This document shows positions 28,766 to 40,056 of a stretch of DNA of 64,000 nt, one piece after another (the first letter of the stretch is position 1; each line of letters starts with the position of its first letter). The translations under genes and the position numbers were made by a program. Source of the stretch: an uncultured Sulfurovum sp. GTDB taxonomy: Bacteria > Campylobacterota > Campylobacteria > Campylobacterales > Sulfurovaceae. The stretch lies in NCBI GenBank assembly GCA_964606545.1, contig CAZSHP010000001.1, positions 3,148-67,147 of the forward strand. Direction: 5' to 3'. The notes beneath the pieces were generated by a model. That model was not told where the DNA came from. It worked only from the letters and a program-made list of their open reading frames with translations, and ran no database searches.

Positions 28766-29860
28766 TTAGCTTACGAGTGAAATCAATACTCCCTCTATTA
28801 ATTTATCTATATCTCCATCTAAAATAGCATCTACATTAGAGAATGGCTGATTACTTCGAGTATCTTTTATCTGCTGATAGGGAGCCAATACATAGGAACG
28901 AATCTGATGTCCCCAACCTATTGCACTCTTCTCTACTCCATCAATTATAGCCTGTTTTTTTTCCATTTCATACTCATATAGTCTTGATTTTAACATCTTC
29001 ATAGCTGTTGCTCTATTTTTGTGTTGACTCCTATCATTTTGACACTGTACTACAATATTGGTCTCTATATGTGTAATACGAATAGCACTCTCTGTTTTAT
29101 TAACATGTTGCCCTCCTGCCCCACTTGCTCTATAGGTATCAACTCTTATATCTTTGTCCTCTATCTCTATATCTATATTATCATCAACCTCAGGAGATAC
29201 CATAACAGAGCTAAATGAGGTGTGTCTTTTAGCATTGGAGTCAAATGGGGAGATACGAACCAAACGATGTATTCCATTTTCTACTTTTAAATATCCATAA
29301 GCATTCTCTCCTTTGATAATAAAACTCACATCTTTTATCCCCGCCTCATCTCCTGCTTGATAATCAAGTCCTTCTACTTTGAATCCTCTCCTCTCTGCCC
29401 AACGCAGATACATTCTATATAACATACTTGCCCAATCTTGGGACTCTGTTCCTCCTGCACCTGGATGAATAGAGACTATAGCGTTGTTACTGTCATGCTC
29501 TCCACTCAACATCATCTGAACCTCTAATGCAGAGATATTTTCACTAAGAGTATCTGCTTCATCATATAGCATCTCTAGTGTCTCCTCATCTCCTTCAGCT
29601 TTTGCCATATCAAAAAACTCATTAGCATCAGAGACTAGTGCATTTGCATCTTTATACTTTTTTAGTATTCTGCTCTTTCTAGTTTTTTCTTGAGATATTT
29701 TAGAGGCATTTTTTGCATCACTCCAGAAGCTAGGCTCCTGCTCCATAATCTCTATCTCTTTTAATCTATCTTCAATAGTATTGGGTTTAACAATATTCTT
29801 TATATTTTCTATTTTTATAGTAAGTGTTTTTAATAGTTCACTATATTCATAAGCATCCAT
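28766..29860 (-). CDS. prfB: Peptide chain release factor 2 (continuous ORF, no programmed frameshift)
   Basis: [21 protein letters not shown] (SPF motif), [16 protein letters not shown]. Confidence 0.97.
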   Translation of the reverse strand: MDAYEYSELLKTLTIKIENIKNIVKPNTIEDRLKEIEIMEQEPSFWSDAKNASKISQEKTRKSRILKKYKDANALVSDANEFFDMAKAEGDEETLEMLYDEADTLSENISALEVQMMLSGEHDSNNAIVSIHPGAGGTESQDWASMLYRMYLRWAERRGFKVEGLDYQAGDEAGIKDVSFIIKGENAYGYLKVENGIHRLVRISPFDSNAKRHTSFSSVMVSPEVDDNIDIEIEDKDIRVDTYRASGAGGQHVNKTESAIRITHIETNIVVQCQNDRSQHKNRATAMKMLKSRLYEYEMEKKQAIIDGVEKSAIGWGHQIRSYVLAPYQQIKDTRSNQPFSNVDAILDGDIDKLIEGVLISLVS

Positions 29861-29978
29861 TTTATTAGTCCATTTATTAAATTATCTGCTATTTTATCTA
29901 AATAACTTTTGATTCTTATCAATGCTTACTCTAATTATACTTTGTTATAATTAGTGAAATAGAAAACAGGGAGCTATA

Positions 29979-30290
29979 ATGTCTGTAATTATTCAGTCAA
30001 CCATAAAAAGTAATCCTTTGGGTCGTTGGTATATAGAGTTAAAAGATACTAGCGAGGAGAACTCGACAGAGATATGTTTAGATATTGAAGAGTATGCAAA
30101 AAAAATAGAGATAATGGGTACAGAGTATGGTGGAGATATAGAGATAGCTTGGCAATCAGATGAGAATGTTACTCAGATGCAGATACATGAGGTGAGAATG
30201 CAGATAAACGCATATCAAGCAAAAGAAGAGGCAGAGGGTGAGATGAATCAGACTCATCAACCTGATGGAACTACTAATTTTCAAGGATAA
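29979..30290 (+). CDS. Hypothetical acidic protein
   Basis: 103 aa ORF with GGGAG RBS and upstream TGTTATAAT. Confidence 0.65.
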   Translation: MSVIIQSTIKSNPLGRWYIELKDTSEENSTEICLDIEEYAKKIEIMGTEYGGDIEIAWQSDENVTQMQIHEVRMQINAYQAKEEAEGEMNQTHQPDGTTNFQG

Positions 30291-30293
30291 TTT

Positions 30294-30905
30294 ATGTTTA
30301 AAACAGTAATAGCTACAACAATTTTACTACTCTTGTTAGGATGTGATAGTAAAACAGAGCAAAAAGATAAGAGTATTTCAACTACTACTAAAGAGAAAAC
30401 TACACAAGTAGATACTATAGAGAGTAACAGCTCTGCAAAAGTAGAGGAGAAAACAGCTCCTCTATTTACGATAAATACAGTAGATGGTAAAAAACTCAAT
30501 ATATCAGAGATGGATAATGGTTTAAAGTTCAAAGAGTTAAAAAACAAAGCAATCTTTCTTATATTTTTTGGATATAGATGTCCACCATGTATAAGAGAGA
30601 TACCTACACTAATTGAGCTAACCAATGAGCATAAGGATTTAGCTATTGTAGCAATTGAGGTACAGGGGTATGATAACCAAGAGTTAAAAGAGTTTGGAAA
30701 AAGAAAAGGAATAAACTATAATCTAATATCAAGTGAAGATAATATGGATTTTATATCATATATACAAGCAAAATCAAATTGGCATGGCTCTATCCCATTT
30801 CTCTTAGGACTTAACATAAATGGAGAAGTTAGAATTATTCATACAGGTGGAGTAGGAAAATCTTCATTAGAGAGTGCTTATCAGGATTTAGTTAATATTA
30901 AATAA
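30294..30905 (+). CDS. TlpA/ResA-family thiol-disulfide oxidoreductase lipoprotein
   Basis: Lipobox LLLGC; FFGYRCPPCIREIP; SIP. Confidence 0.85.
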   Translation: MFKTVIATTILLLLLGCDSKTEQKDKSISTTTKEKTTQVDTIESNSSAKVEEKTAPLFTINTVDGKKLNISEMDNGLKFKELKNKAIFLIFFGYRCPPCIREIPTLIELTNEHKDLAIVAIEVQGYDNQELKEFGKRKGINYNLISSEDNMDFISYIQAKSNWHGSIPFLLGLNINGEVRIIHTGGVGKSSLESAYQDLVNIK

Positions 30906-30929
30906 AAAAGAATATGATATAATTCGCTT

Positions 30930-31529
30930 ATGAAAAAAACAAGCTACCACCACGGAAACCTAAAAGAGGAATTTTTAAAAATCTCTTTTAATTTTATAAA
31001 GACAGAAGATATAGAGAAGCTTACACTAAAAATATTATCAGAGGCTACTGGAACCTCTCGCTCAGCTATATATCGACACTTTAGTTCAAAAGATGCACTG
31101 ATTGAAACAATGATAAAAAGTTGTTTCTCTGAATTAGATAATGCTATATCTCCACCTCTTTTAGATAAGGATGGAGATATAGTAGATAGACTTAATTTAT
31201 CTTTTAAGAAATACCTAGAATTTGCAAAAGAACATCCCCATATGTATCAACTAATTTTTGCAAAGAAATACTCTAATATTAGAGAAGAGTTAGTAACAGC
31301 AGAAGATAGTGATATAAGTGGTTTTGCAAATTTAAAAAAAACAATAGAAGAGGGTCAAGAGAGTGAAACTCTCAAAAAAGGAGATAGTTATCAACAGACA
31401 ATTACTATTTGGGCTTCACTACACGGATTATCATCTCTATTAGGTGATGGTTTTTTAGATGTAGATAATATATATGAAGAGCTATCTAGCAAGATGATAA
31501 AAAATTTAATTGAAGGGTTAGTTATTTAA
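30930..31529 (+). CDS. TetR/AcrR-family transcriptional regulator
   Basis: YHHGNLK, GTSRSAIYRHFSSKDAL, IWASLHGL. Confidence 0.92.
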   Translation: MKKTSYHHGNLKEEFLKISFNFIKTEDIEKLTLKILSEATGTSRSAIYRHFSSKDALIETMIKSCFSELDNAISPPLLDKDGDIVDRLNLSFKKYLEFAKEHPHMYQLIFAKKYSNIREELVTAEDSDISGFANLKKTIEEGQESETLKKGDSYQQTITIWASLHGLSSLLGDGFLDVDNIYEELSSKMIKNLIEGLVI

Positions 31530-31544
31530 TAAAATAGTATCATC

Positions 31545-31572
31545 ATAGAGACAAGATATATCTTGTCTCTAT
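31545..31572. terminator. 28-bp perfect palindrome between convergent genes (bidirectional terminator)
   Basis: ATAGAGACAAGATATATCTTGTCTCTAT. Confidence 0.7.
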
Positions 31573-32405
31573 TATAGTCGAATCACTCTTATATCGGCAT
31601 CGTTTTTTAATTTATTGAAAAAGTTTCGACCGGCTTTGACTCTCTCCTCTTGCATCCATCTCATCATCACATCATTTTTAACAGATTCAAATCCACCCAC
31701 CCCTTGTGAAGATTTTGATTTGACATAGTATGCAACAAAACCCCTACCAGTATTGATTGGTTGAGTAAAACTCCCCTCTTCTGTATTTTGAATAAGAGCA
31801 AATAGCTTAGGATTCATCTCATTGCTACTAGCTAGTATACTTCTCTGCTGAACACCATCTACTCTCTTTAGAGGATTCTGTATAGCCTCTTGAAGTTTTT
31901 TTGATGAGTTACTAGCATATACCACAAGACTCATTTGGGCTATAGGTTCTGATGAGAACTTATCTCTATTTGTCTCATAGTAGACTCTCAACTCATCCTC
32001 AGTAGGTCTTGATATTGAAGATGCTATATTTCGTTTGAAAAATTGCTCTTTTTTCATCTCCAAAGTCAACTGTTCCCTATACGCCTCCCATGTTAAGCCA
32101 TTTTTTTTAAGTGCTAACATCATATTTGCCTTGCTAAGACCTCTTGCTTGTGCTATCTGTTGAATTTTAGCATCAACTTCACTAGGAGAGATTTCAATAT
32201 TGGCTCTCTCTATAGCACCTTTTTCCAACCTATCTTTTATCAACGCTTCAACTGCTGCTCTTTTTGACATATTTAGCTTCTCTTGAACAGCTTGAATCTC
32301 CAAAGTTGTAATTGGCTCACCATCAACATCAACGGCGATAGCATCAATAATCTGTGCCTCTAGCCCCATAATTGAAAAAAGCATAAGTGGTAGAAGTTTC
32401 TTCAT
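31572..32405 (-). CDS. SurA-like periplasmic chaperone / PPIase
   Basis: Signal peptide; IIDAIAVDVDGEPITTLEI; EEGSFTQPI; LKNDADIRVI. Confidence 0.8.
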   Translation of the reverse strand: MKKLLPLMLFSIMGLEAQIIDAIAVDVDGEPITTLEIQAVQEKLNMSKRAAVEALIKDRLEKGAIERANIEISPSEVDAKIQQIAQARGLSKANMMLALKKNGLTWEAYREQLTLEMKKEQFFKRNIASSISRPTEDELRVYYETNRDKFSSEPIAQMSLVVYASNSSKKLQEAIQNPLKRVDGVQQRSILASSNEMNPKLFALIQNTEEGSFTQPINTGRGFVAYYVKSKSSQGVGGFESVKNDVMMRWMQEERVKAGRNFFNKLKNDADIRVIRL

Positions 32406-32799
32406 TATCTGTCCTAATTTTTTAATTTATTGGCGATTATAGCATATTAATTTTAAGTCCTAAATGGCAGGATTGAGAAAGTGATTAAAAATATATCTTA
32501 TAATTATCAAAATTCGTATAAAAAAAGAGTAAATAGAGTAAGTTATATATCATTATAAGAGTTTAATTATTTAAATAAATTATCATTATGTTTTAATTAT
32601 AATTTATAAAGATATATTCTACTATTCTCGAATAAGTAGTAAATTATCTATATTGATTCTTCCCAAATAGTATAAAAAGCTTAAATTATACGATAAATTC
32701 TATTTATTTTGTGAAAATTATGCTATGATTAGAAAAATCTTTTATTAAACTTAAATCACATTAATAATTGCTTATTTTAATTTTAAAAAGGAGAACTTC

Positions 32800-35094
32800 A
32801 TGAGAGGCAAATCACTATTGCTATTGATAGGATTGACACTACTATCAAATGCAACTGAATTAAAAAGAGATGGGTGGAATCTCATATCTGCATGTCAAGA
32901 TATAAACAGCACCGATATTAACATGAGTGGTATCCAAGAGATACAGGCTCAAAATGGCGACTCTATCTATACAGGAGATAATGCAGAGTATTCTAACTTG
33001 GATATGTTAAATGCAGGGTATGGATATTGGGTCAAAGGAACAAAGGGTATCAATTTTGATAGCAAAGAGAGTCCAAGTGAACTTATTCGACCACTTAGTC
33101 GTAATGGTTGGAATTTGATGGCATCTTGTGCAGATACCCCAAGAGTTGATATTAATATGTCAGCTTTTTCAGAGATACAGTCTCAAGATGGTCAAACTAT
33201 CTATTCGGGCGATTTGGCACAATACTCAAACCTAGATGCTCTAATCAATGGATATGGATATTGGGTCAAAGGCTCAAATGGTGCTAATTTTATCTCCAAA
33301 GGAGTATTGAGTATTCCTTTTAAATTTGAACATCAAGTTATCAATAACCAAGGTGAGAGTGTAGAGACAACTTATGAAGGGTATGAGATAAAACTCTTTG
33401 CTGATTATAATGAAACAGCTAATGCACAAGCTAATCATACAGGTATTGTTATACATATTGATGATAATATCACTGTACCTACACTAAATATCCAAGAGAG
33501 TTATATAGGTCATAATATTGTAGTTGGAATCTATAGAAATGGAGAATTAGTAGGTGTTTCTACATTGACCGAGGTTGACCCAGACTCTCCTATCACTTCA
33601 ATAGATATAAGAACAGATGGCTCAAAGAGCAATGATGACCCTGATACTCCTACCGAAAAAGATAGAGATGCCACATTTCAAGGTCTAAAAGTATTTGCTA
33701 CTCCTTTGACATTTGAAGATTATAGATTGAGTGCTATTACAGATGCTGATTTTAATGCTTTGAGTTTAGAAAACAAAAGAATAGTAGCCAATAAACTACT
33801 CTCTCTGCTCTTTTATGGTATTCCTAAAATGGAATTGGACTCTATGATAAATAGTGGAAAATTTATCTCTGATTTACAAACAAAAATAGCTACTCCAAAT
33901 AGTGATATTGTAGCTGTAGAAAAAGAGATAAAAAACAAAGACTACGATTGGCGTAATAGAGAGGGGGGCAAAATTATGGCTCGTCTATTTAACCTCGATT
34001 TAGGAAAAGAGTATATCAATAGATGGGTAGCTTATCAGCTAACACAGACTATTATGTTCTCTCCTGCCTTTGAGCTTGATACTGTTAGCCGTTCTGAAGT
34101 GAGTAATGTCTATAACAATTTGGCATTTTATATGGATGATGAGTATAGCATGGGAATGATTACTTATCTACATATGACAAGCAATGATAACTGGAAACGA
34201 TTTAGAAGTCCAGAGGATAATGGACGAGAGATGTTAGAGATTTTCCTATTTGATTTTAATGATTCTGATGTACCAAAAGCAGCTATTGCTCTAAAAAATT
34301 GGAAACTTGATAAAGATGATAGAGAGTTAGTAATTGGACTAGACCAAAATGATGTCCCTCAAAACCTATTTGGAACAACTGTTACTACTGGGTTTGATTT
34401 TTATCGTGAATTGGTTAAGAGTGATGCCTTTTTCAATGGAGTTATCAAAAGATTGGTTGATTTCTATTTCTCAAACTATACAGAGAACAAGAAAAACGAA
34501 ATTATAGACCTCATCAAAGCGAGTAAACCTGAACAGTTTCAAGATATACTCCTTCAGATAGTCTTCTCCAAAGAGTTCCTATATAACTCAAATAGAGTCA
34601 AGAGTTTTGAAGAGACAGCCTTTGGTATGGGAAAAAAGATTAGTTTTTATGATGACAAAGACCTCTTTGTACAGATGACTAGATCTTTAGATGGAATGCA
34701 CCAAGGGGCAATGAGATATAAACTAGGTAGAGAGACTACAATTCCTACAGATACACTCTCTTTTGCTTACTACTATGATTTCCTAAGAGATGATATTATG
34801 GTCAACTACAAAGGTGATGATTTAAATGAGTATGATTCAGGATGGCAACTACCATTCGTAGACAAAGCCAATCCAAATACTGATACTATAGAAGGGTTTA
34901 TTGATTATCTATTTTTAGCTACAGTATCTCGTCTACCAAGTAGCCAAGAGCGTTCTACCATTGTTGATTATTGTAACTCAAAAGGTTATGATGATATGGA
35001 CTACTACAATGACAGAAAAGATGCAGCAATTGTTACCATGGAGTATATATCAAGATTGACTGAAGTATATACATTTAAAAGTATTGAGGAGTAG
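32800..35094 (+). CDS. Exported DUF1800-like protein with duplicated N-terminal GWNL...GYGYWVK module
   Basis: Signal peptide; two approximately 78-aa repeats; SPEDNGREMLEIF resembles the DUF1800 PNENYARELLELF motif; precedes a DUF1501-like gene. Confidence 0.6.
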   Translation: MRGKSLLLLIGLTLLSNATELKRDGWNLISACQDINSTDINMSGIQEIQAQNGDSIYTGDNAEYSNLDMLNAGYGYWVKGTKGINFDSKESPSELIRPLSRNGWNLMASCADTPRVDINMSAFSEIQSQDGQTIYSGDLAQYSNLDALINGYGYWVKGSNGANFISKGVLSIPFKFEHQVINNQGESVETTYEGYEIKLFADYNETANAQANHTGIVIHIDDNITVPTLNIQESYIGHNIVVGIYRNGELVGVSTLTEVDPDSPITSIDIRTDGSKSNDDPDTPTEKDRDATFQGLKVFATPLTFEDYRLSAITDADFNALSLENKRIVANKLLSLLFYGIPKMELDSMINSGKFISDLQTKIATPNSDIVAVEKEIKNKDYDWRNREGGKIMARLFNLDLGKEYINRWVAYQLTQTIMFSPAFELDTVSRSEVSNVYNNLAFYMDDEYSMGMITYLHMTSNDNWKRFRSPEDNGREMLEIFLFDFNDSDVPKAAIALKNWKLDKDDRELVIGLDQNDVPQNLFGTTVTTGFDFYRELVKSDAFFNGVIKRLVDFYFSNYTENKKNEIIDLIKASKPEQFQDILLQIVFSKEFLYNSNRVKSFEETAFGMGKKISFYDDKDLFVQMTRSLDGMHQGAMRYKLGRETTIPTDTLSFAYYYDFLRDDIMVNYKGDDLNEYDSGWQLPFVDKANPNTDTIEGFIDYLFLATVSRLPSSQERSTIVDYCNSKGYDDMDYYNDRKDAAIVTMEYISRLTEVYTFKSIEE

Positions 35095-35097
35095 AGT

Positions 35098-36432
35098 ATG
35101 AATCGAAGAGTTTTTTTAAAAGGAATGAGTTTAGTAGCAATGAGTGCGTTATTCCCAACGCTTAGCAGAGCCTCTGTAGATTTAAGTCAAGTTAATTTCG
35201 ATAGTAATATCTATAATAATAATCAGGCTCAAACTATTATGATATATCTCTATGGTGGAGCATCCGAATTGGGAGGGAATCTAACCAATTTGGAGGAGAT
35301 TCAACAGAGAAGTCAAAACAAATACAATGAATATTATGTAACAGCTACAACCAATGGCTTTTGGCAACAAGCTGGTGGTGAAGCAATGGAGAGAATGTTA
35401 GAAAATGGTGATATGAATATCTTTAGAACCTGTTATCGTAAAGCTAATGGTACAAGGTCTCACGGTATATGTACTGCTGAAAACCAAAGAGGATTAATGA
35501 ATCTCGAAGACCCAAGTTATGGAGCAGGAATATTTTCTACTTTGGGCAAAGTATTAACAAACAATAATGTTATTGATGCTGAAACAGTATTACCTTTTAT
35601 ATCTATGGAGGGGGAATCAAACCTCTTTGCAACTGGGCCTTTGAGTGTTGAAAAATTTTTACGACCTGCTGCTATGAGTGAAGATTTAAGCAATCCATTT
35701 AGTAGGTCTCTTGGTTGGCAACTCTATACAAGAGATGAGTGGAACACAGACCCTAGACCAAAAGAGACAGCAATATCAGCAGAGTTTGATACCTTGGCAA
35801 AAAGTATCAATAGTAACCAAAAGATTCAAAACGCTTTTGATAAAAGAGCCGAACTTGATACATTTATGCAACAACAAAAAGAGAGAACTCTACCTGATGG
35901 AATCGAATATCCTGATAACAGTTTTGGAAGAAAACTAAAAGCTGCAATGAATGTACTTATAGGTAATCCTGATACAAAAGTAGTCTCTTTGGGTAGTGGA
36001 GGTCTTGGAGGATGGGATGACCACTCCAATGCTCTTCGTAGCTATAGTGATAGAATGAGAAGATTAATGGAATCTATAGAAGTCGCACTAGCACACATGA
36101 GTGCAGAAAACAAAGATAATATAAACATCATAATCTTTGCAGAGTTTGGAAGAAATGTAAACCTAAATGATGCAGAGGGTTGGGACCATGGTAATAACCA
36201 AAATGTCTATATCTTTGGAGGCAAAAAGTACTTTAATCATCTAGGAGTAGTTGGTGAGACCGAAATAAAACCAACAGAAGCAAACAATCGCCTCTACCTA
36301 AGACCAAAAGAGGACTCATATTGGTTTGAACCATATGCTGTAGCTAGTACCATCTATAAAATGTATGGAATAACCAATCCAGAAGTTCTAACAGAGGGTT
36401 ATGGGGCTATAGATGCAGGGCTTTTTAAATAA
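35098..36432 (+). CDS. Tat-exported DUF1501-family protein
   Basis: MNRRVFLK Tat motif; YLYGG, SHG, GGWDDHSN, AEFGRNV, GWDHG. Confidence 0.8.
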   Translation: MNRRVFLKGMSLVAMSALFPTLSRASVDLSQVNFDSNIYNNNQAQTIMIYLYGGASELGGNLTNLEEIQQRSQNKYNEYYVTATTNGFWQQAGGEAMERMLENGDMNIFRTCYRKANGTRSHGICTAENQRGLMNLEDPSYGAGIFSTLGKVLTNNNVIDAETVLPFISMEGESNLFATGPLSVEKFLRPAAMSEDLSNPFSRSLGWQLYTRDEWNTDPRPKETAISAEFDTLAKSINSNQKIQNAFDKRAELDTFMQQQKERTLPDGIEYPDNSFGRKLKAAMNVLIGNPDTKVVSLGSGGLGGWDDHSNALRSYSDRMRRLMESIEVALAHMSAENKDNINIIIFAEFGRNVNLNDAEGWDHGNNQNVYIFGGKKYFNHLGVVGETEIKPTEANNRLYLRPKEDSYWFEPYAVASTIYKMYGITNPEVLTEGYGAIDAGLFK

Positions 36433-36456
36433 CAACAATCTTCTGATTGTTGTTAT
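36429..36456. terminator. Hairpin terminator between convergent genes
   Basis: ATAACAACAATC-TTCT-GATTGTTGTTAT. Confidence 0.65.
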
Positions 36457-36492
36457 AGATAAGAGTTAAGTTTTATCAAATATATCTGCTCT

Positions 36493-37470
36493 CTACTCTA
36501 CTCCAAGTAAACTTTTTAGATGCCCCCAATTAGGCATCTTAGGATTACGAACAAATCGTCTAAACATAGCTCTCTTGTTCTCAAAGGAGAGTCTCTTTTT
36601 AAAATCATCTTTTGAGTTAGGAATCCACCTAGGGAGAGAAAAATCACTTCGTCTAACAACTCCATTTTCTAAAATAACTGTAAAAAAATCAACCCATAGA
36701 TTATCATCAAGAGTTACCACTATTGAGCGACGATGTTCAATCTCTTGTTTTTTTACTCGTCGTGCTGTAAACTTCTTGCCATCATATTGTGTGGGTATAT
36801 CCAAATCGGGAAATATGAAATTTCCAATACCATAAAATATATATTTTCCTTTGTATATCTCATGGCTCTGTATCACATGTGCATGGTGACCTATAATTAG
36901 GTCTGCACCTGCGTCTATTAGGGCATGAGCTATCTCTACATCATAAAATCTAGGGAATGGAATCTCCTGTATACCCCAATGTGGTTGAATGATTATAAAG
37001 TCTACTTTTGATTTTAGTGACTCTATATCGGTTATGATGTTATCTAGCTTTAATCTAGCACTTCCTTTGCTATTTTTGTCTCCAAAAATTGGGTTTGCTG
37101 TAGCACAAGTGTACCCACATAGAGCTATCTTTTTATCTGCAAACTCTATAATTGATGGATTATTGAAGTTATCACCACTAAGCCCTGCTCCAAAATATGG
37201 AATCCCCTGCTCTTTTAAAAACATCTCTGTTTTACTAAATGCCTCTTCTCCAAAATCCATAACATGATTGTTTGCCAAAGAGACAGCAAGAGGCAAAGAA
37301 GAAAATGTCTCCTCTATATATGACCTCTCTTGACATATATTTACTTTATGTAGAGCAGGAGTCCCCTCACAAGATAGAGGAGTTTCCAAATTAAAGACAA
37401 ATTTGTCTATCTTAAAATCTATATTGTATGCTTTGTCTAAAACTGTATCACCAAAAAAACTTAACTTCAC
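36493..37470 (-). CDS. CapA/PGA_cap-family metallophosphatase
   Basis: GD, NLETP, SLANNHVMDFG, HWG, GHHAHVIQ, YGIGNFIF. Confidence 0.9.
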   Translation of the reverse strand: MKLSFFGDTVLDKAYNIDFKIDKFVFNLETPLSCEGTPALHKVNICQERSYIEETFSSLPLAVSLANNHVMDFGEEAFSKTEMFLKEQGIPYFGAGLSGDNFNNPSIIEFADKKIALCGYTCATANPIFGDKNSKGSARLKLDNIITDIESLKSKVDFIIIQPHWGIQEIPFPRFYDVEIAHALIDAGADLIIGHHAHVIQSHEIYKGKYIFYGIGNFIFPDLDIPTQYDGKKFTARRVKKQEIEHRRSIVVTLDDNLWVDFFTVILENGVVRRSDFSLPRWIPNSKDDFKKRLSFENKRAMFRRFVRNPKMPNWGHLKSLLGVE

Positions 37471-38732
37471 TATTTGCCTTTAATTTTATTATATATATAC
37501 CCTATAAATACGAGATTATGAATAACACTCACAACTGTAAAGAGAACCACTGACATAATATACGAATCGAAAAAGTAGTAACCACTATAGATTGACGAGA
37601 CTCTAGCTATGGTAGTTACTATCTGTAGTTGAAGAAGTCTCTTTTGTAGGCTAAAGATATTGTATATCATAGATGTAGGAGAGGAGATAAAAGCAAATAG
37701 AAACCAAATAACTGTTATCTGTGCTATTGCTCCTGCCTCGACCCACTCACTACCAAAAACAAAAGAGAATATCTCTTGACCAAAAAATAGAATAACAAAA
37801 AGAGGAGCTATAAAAAGCTTTATCAAGCCCACTGTTGTTTGAATATATATCCCTCTAATACTCTCTCCATTGGCATACATCTTGGAGGCTTTTTGATAAA
37901 ATACTCTCCTTGTAGAGCCTGAAATAAGCAAAATTGGAACCATCATAACCCTAGCAGTCAAACCATAAAACCCTGCAATAGCAGGAGAAAAGAGAGTAGT
38001 AAATAGAAAAACAGGTACATTTTGAGAAAAAGAGTTCAAAAGAGCAGAAAAAGCAAAATATTTTGGAAATGTCTCATGCCGTTTGATATTGAACTCTACT
38101 CTTCTTTTTGATATGTGTTTTAGTACAATGGTCTGTTTTTTGATATGAAAATATATAAATTGAAAGAGTACAAAAAAGTTAGAGATAAGCTTACCCACAA
38201 TCAATCCATCCAATGAAAAGAGAGCCTTGCTACTCCACTGTGTAGTAACGGTTGTCATCGACTCTACTATCTTGATAGTTGCTATTTTTTTATAAAACTC
38301 TCCTCTAGTTGAGTAGGCATCAAATATCTGTGTCAAACCTATTATCATAATAGAGAGTGGAAGCAACCATACTAGATAAGCCATACCATCAAAATAGTCT
38401 AAAAAAAAGTCATAAAACAGCACTATAACAATAGCAATAAGAGTTGTTATTGTAACTGTAATAACTATAGAGAGAAATAGCAATGCCTCTGCATCTCTGT
38501 TGGATTTAGGAAGCATAATTGCCTGTTCATATCGCAAACTAGAGACCTCACCTAGCATACTAGAGATAAGAAAAAAAGATGAGTATAACCCAAACTCTGT
38601 TGGAGTGTAGATTCTAGTAAGTAGAGGAATAAATGCAAACATCAAAGCTTGTGCCATTAGTGTACCTGACATTAGCGTTATAATCTGAAATATATATGTA
38701 TTCTGTTTTAGTTTTTCTATAAATCTACTCAT
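37470..38732 (-). CDS. Wzx-type oligosaccharide flippase
   Basis: About 12 TM segments; GTLMAQ..IPLLTRIYTPTEFG, LRYEQAIMLP, FGSEWVEAG. Confidence 0.88.
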   Translation of the reverse strand: MSRFIEKLKQNTYIFQIITLMSGTLMAQALMFAFIPLLTRIYTPTEFGLYSSFFLISSMLGEVSSLRYEQAIMLPKSNRDAEALLFLSIVITVTITTLIAIVIVLFYDFFLDYFDGMAYLVWLLPLSIMIIGLTQIFDAYSTRGEFYKKIATIKIVESMTTVTTQWSSKALFSLDGLIVGKLISNFFVLFQFIYFHIKKQTIVLKHISKRRVEFNIKRHETFPKYFAFSALLNSFSQNVPVFLFTTLFSPAIAGFYGLTARVMMVPILLISGSTRRVFYQKASKMYANGESIRGIYIQTTVGLIKLFIAPLFVILFFGQEIFSFVFGSEWVEAGAIAQITVIWFLFAFISSPTSMIYNIFSLQKRLLQLQIVTTIARVSSIYSGYYFFDSYIMSVVLFTVVSVIHNLVFIGYIYNKIKGK

Positions 38733-40044
38733 CTATACCAATCTTTCTACCAAGCCACTGTGGATGGATATATGTGCTGTATTCATACAAAAGAGTATTG
38801 AATTGACTTTTAAATTTCCAATTATAAAAAGCCAATTTATCATCCTCTCTTTTGAATCTTTTGTTGATAGAGTAGAAATAGCCACCGAGCTTTAGTGTTC
38901 TATCAATATGAGCGATATAGTATCTAGCATAGATTTCAGACATCTCCGACATAGAGTAGGTATCTATTACCAAATCTACAGTAGAGTCTGATATATAACT
39001 AATAACCCAAGGTGGAATCAGGATAAAATCATACTCCTCTACTAGAGAGTCAAAATCATCAAGTCTATCTATAATATCACTTAGATGAGCTATCTTTTTA
39101 TCAGGAGAACTATACTCAATAAAATAGGCAGCATAGGTCAAAGTCTCTGGCAAGTCTAGTATAATATGACAACTATTATAGATATAGGATTTCAAAATCC
39201 TACCCAATCCACCATATCCTGCTCCTATCTCCAATATAGTAGCTCTACTATCAAACTTAATATTTTTTGTGATATTATCAACCATAATAGCATGAAAAAG
39301 AAGACGCACACTAAGCCTAAGCCCTCTATAGTTAACACAGAGATTATTTCCTGCGTAACTCTCGGAGAGTGAAATCAAAATCTCTTTTTTTATGACTTGT
39401 GCATGTCTATGATACTCTAGTACAAAATCTATCGCTTTTAGATATGAGATATGATACCCAAACTCTCTATTTACTATATAAAATTGGTCTTTTACTAGGT
39501 TTGCAGGTAGCTCCTTTATACTTCTAAAGTTAATTAGATACTCTTTATTGATTTTACCCTCGCTAAAAAGCTCCTCTTTGAATAACCTAGACATCTCCTC
39601 CCACCAATTGGCTCTATCAAACTTATCGGGGTCATGTTCATTGGCTAAGAAATATGACCTCTCTATAGTTGAAAATATTTTATTATCTACTTCTCTTTTA
39701 GAGAGTTCAACCAAAGCTGGTTTTATCCATGGGATATTATCACTACCTCTATTATAGAGCGACTCTATATCTATATCATCAAAACTATCTAATAGTATTC
39801 TCTTTTTAAATATCTTGCCACCACTTAATAGAGCTATATACTCTCTAGTTGCAAAACCTATACGACCTATAAATGTATAAAATTTAATAACATTTAGAGG
39901 GCATAGAGGAGCATCCCATGTTCTTAATAAAAATCTTGATTGGGGTTGGTAGAGTAATCTTTGTAAGAGATTTTTGAACTCTTTATATAAAAATCCTACT
40001 CTTTTTAGAGTCCATTTTATAGTATATATGGTGTTTTTTATCAT
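38725..40044 (-). CDS. Putative sugar O-methyltransferase
   Basis: ILEIGAGYGGLG, ILDLPETL, DTYSMSEM, GGYFYSIN. Confidence 0.75.
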   Translation of the reverse strand: MIKNTIYTIKWTLKRVGFLYKEFKNLLQRLLYQPQSRFLLRTWDAPLCPLNVIKFYTFIGRIGFATREYIALLSGGKIFKKRILLDSFDDIDIESLYNRGSDNIPWIKPALVELSKREVDNKIFSTIERSYFLANEHDPDKFDRANWWEEMSRLFKEELFSEGKINKEYLINFRSIKELPANLVKDQFYIVNREFGYHISYLKAIDFVLEYHRHAQVIKKEILISLSESYAGNNLCVNYRGLRLSVRLLFHAIMVDNITKNIKFDSRATILEIGAGYGGLGRILKSYIYNSCHIILDLPETLTYAAYFIEYSSPDKKIAHLSDIIDRLDDFDSLVEEYDFILIPPWVISYISDSTVDLVIDTYSMSEMSEIYARYYIAHIDRTLKLGGYFYSINKRFKREDDKLAFYNWKFKSQFNTLLYEYSTYIHPQWLGRKIGIDE

Positions 40045-40056
40045 TTTTTATCTTTC

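Noticed and set aside
28766-29860. prfB without the +1 programmed frameshift
   Set aside because: A continuous prfB ORF is known in this phylum, so it is not novel
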